Origin: Pseudomonadota bacterium
GTDB lineage: Bacteria; Pseudomonadota; Gammaproteobacteria; GCA-001735895
DNA length: 54,505 nucleotides
Reading direction: 5' to 3'
Assembly: GCA_022566015.1 (NCBI GenBank)
Contig: JADFJT010000002.1
Span: forward strand, 1-54,505
The translations under genes were made by a program, and so were the position numbers. This document shows, one piece after another, positions 53,248-54,505 of this stretch (positions are counted from its first letter, which is position 1; the number at the start of each line of letters is the position of its first letter). The notes under the pieces are model-generated. The model searched no databases. It saw only the letters and a list, made by a program, of their open reading frames with translations, and had not been told where the DNA came from.

Positions 53248-54505
53248 ATGAGCAGACCCGACCGGCAGGAACTTGCGCGTCTGTTTCGCGCCATTTTGCC
53301 GCACGAATCGGTGATCGATGCGCCGACATCGCTGGCCGCTTACGAATGCGACGGGCTAAGCGCCTACCGACAAACGCCGCTACTGGTTTTGCTGCCAGAG
53401 ACGATCTCGCAGGTGCGCCAGGTCGTCAGACTGTGTAACGAACGGGAAATTCCGGTGGTCAGTCGGGGCGCTGGCACCAGTCTTTCGGGTGGGGCGCTCC
53501 CCCATGCTGATGGCATAGTGCTTAGCCTGGCGAAAATGAATCGTATTATCAAACTCGACCAGCTGTCGCGTACCGCGTTGGTCGAGCCCGGGGTTCGAAA
53601 TCTGGCGGTGTCTGAAGCGGCAAAACCATTTGGGCTTTTTTACGCACCCGACCCTTCGTCGCAAATCGTCTGCTCAATCGGTGGTAACGTGGCAGAAAAT
53701 GCCGGTGGTGTGCACTGTTTGAAATATGGACTGACTCTGCACAACGTACTCGGTGTAAAACTGGTTACCACGAGTGGTGACTTGCTTGTCATCGATCAGC
53801 AATCGATGCAATCGCTGGGATTCGATTTACTCGCACTGGTGATCGGATCAGAGGGCATGCTGGGTGTGGTTGTCGAAGTGACCCTCAAGCTGCTTCCAAT
53901 TCCAGAGTGCGCACGCGTGGTTATGGGCGTATTCGACAGTGTCGAGAAAGCCGGTAATAGCGTGGCCGATATTATTGCCGAGGGTATAATTCCGGCCGGG
54001 GCGGAAATGATGGATAACCCGGCGATTCGAGCGACAGAAGATTTCGTTCACGCGGGTTATCCGGTCGAGGCAGCAGCGATTTTGATTTGCGAACTGGACG
54101 GTACCGAGGAAGAAGTAGAGTCTCAAATAACCCGTGTCGAAAGAGTGATGAAAGCCGCTGGTGCGACCGAAACTCGGCTCGCTAAAGATGAGGCTGAGCG
54201 TCTGCTTATCTGGTCGGGCCGTAAAGCTGCATTTCCAGCGGTGGGAAGATTGTCTCCAGATTACTATTGTATTGACGGAACCATTCCACGGAAGGCGCTG
54301 GGAACGGTTTTGAATGAAATCGGCCGTTTATCGGAGCAATACGGCTTGCGAATAGCCAATGTCTTTCACGCCGGTGACGGTAATTTACACCCGCTGATAC
54401 TCTACGATGCGAATAATCCCGGTGAACTTGAAAAAACAGAGCAACTGGGGAGTAAAATTTTGCTACTGTGTATCGAACAGGGCGGTACGATTACTGGTGA
54501 ACATG
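53248..54505 (+). CDS. glcD: glycolate oxidase FAD-binding subunit GlcD, first ~419 codons; 3' end runs off the window
   Basis: Absent from the ORF track because it has no stop. My translation from ATG 53248: MSRPDRQELARLFRAILPHESVIDAP...VVSRGAGTSLSGGALP...VEPGVRNLAVSEAA...YAPDPSSQIVCSIGGNVAENAGGVHCLKYGLTLHNVLG...GFDLLALVIGSEGMLGVVVEVTLKLLP...FHAGDGNLHPLILYDANNPGE...GGTITGEH. It is near-colinear with E. coli GlcD. Confidence 0.9.
   Translation, partial: MSRPDRQELARLFRAILPHESVIDAPTSLAAYECDGLSAYRQTPLLVLLPETISQVRQVVRLCNEREIPVVSRGAGTSLSGGALPHADGIVLSLAKMNRIIKLDQLSRTALVEPGVRNLAVSEAAKPFGLFYAPDPSSQIVCSIGGNVAENAGGVHCLKYGLTLHNVLGVKLVTTSGDLLVIDQQSMQSLGFDLLALVIGSEGMLGVVVEVTLKLLPIPECARVVMGVFDSVEKAGNSVADIIAEGIIPAGAEMMDNPAIRATEDFVHAGYPVEAAAILICELDGTEEEVESQITRVERVMKAAGATETRLAKDEAERLLIWSGRKAAFPAVGRLSPDYYCIDGTIPRKALGTVLNEIGRLSEQYGLRIANVFHAGDGNLHPLILYDANNPGELEKTEQLGSKILLLCIEQGGTITGEH

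Noticed and set aside
1-54505. Search for a prophage, IS element, integron, genomic-island boundary, tRNA or rRNA genes
   Set aside because: No integrase, transposase, recombinase or phage structural genes appear among the translations. I recognised no cloverleaf-like tRNA sequences or rRNA-like stretches. The only mobile-looking DNA is the non-autonomous repeat families.

Overview
54.5-kb chromosomal segment of a proteobacterium. Gene content suggests a marine heterotroph, but that is inference. I call about 50 protein-coding genes and two pseudogenes. I recognised no rRNA or tRNA genes, no transposase, integrase or phage genes, and no CRISPR array.

The main theme is catabolism of small nitrogenous osmolytes and C2 units:
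- gabD-gabT (gabT runs off the 5' edge)
- an orphan non-pyrrolysine MttB-family methyltransferase
- a complete beta-hydroxyaspartate-cycle locus (bhcR divergent from bhcABCD)
- a DddP-like M24 protein
- soxBDAG sarcosine oxidase
- creatinase
- an acyl-CoA dehydrogenase plus family-III CoA-transferase pair
- a Rieske oxygenase next to DMT and MFS transporters
- an Ldh_2-hyuA-hyuB operon
- a class IV aminotransferase plus a DsrC-like protein
- the first ~419 codons of glcD at the 3' edge

Interleaved are envelope or unknown-function modules:
- a multi-TM/helical-domain protein plus a VWA-like lipoprotein
- a PA2779/PA2778-like pair
- an XRE regulator plus a lipoprotein with a GlyGly-CTERM-like tail
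- LemA plus a long M48 peptidase
- a PAS-GGDEF protein

Candidates for undescribed biology:
1. A cluster of two Fe(II)/2OG-type oxygenases, a choline-kinase-fold kinase and a class-V-fold PLP enzyme (37.6-41.5 kb). It reads like a hydroxylate, phosphorylate, PLP-eliminate pathway.
2. Two families of structured intergenic repeats. One is MITE-like with 18-bp inverted termini (3 copies). The other is ~240-300 bp with compensatory stem changes (2 copies). All five copies sit just 3' of plus-strand genes in the same orientation.
3. A lipoprotein gene bracketed by two MITE copies.

All protein calls rest on reading the supplied translations against remembered family motifs. No database search was run.
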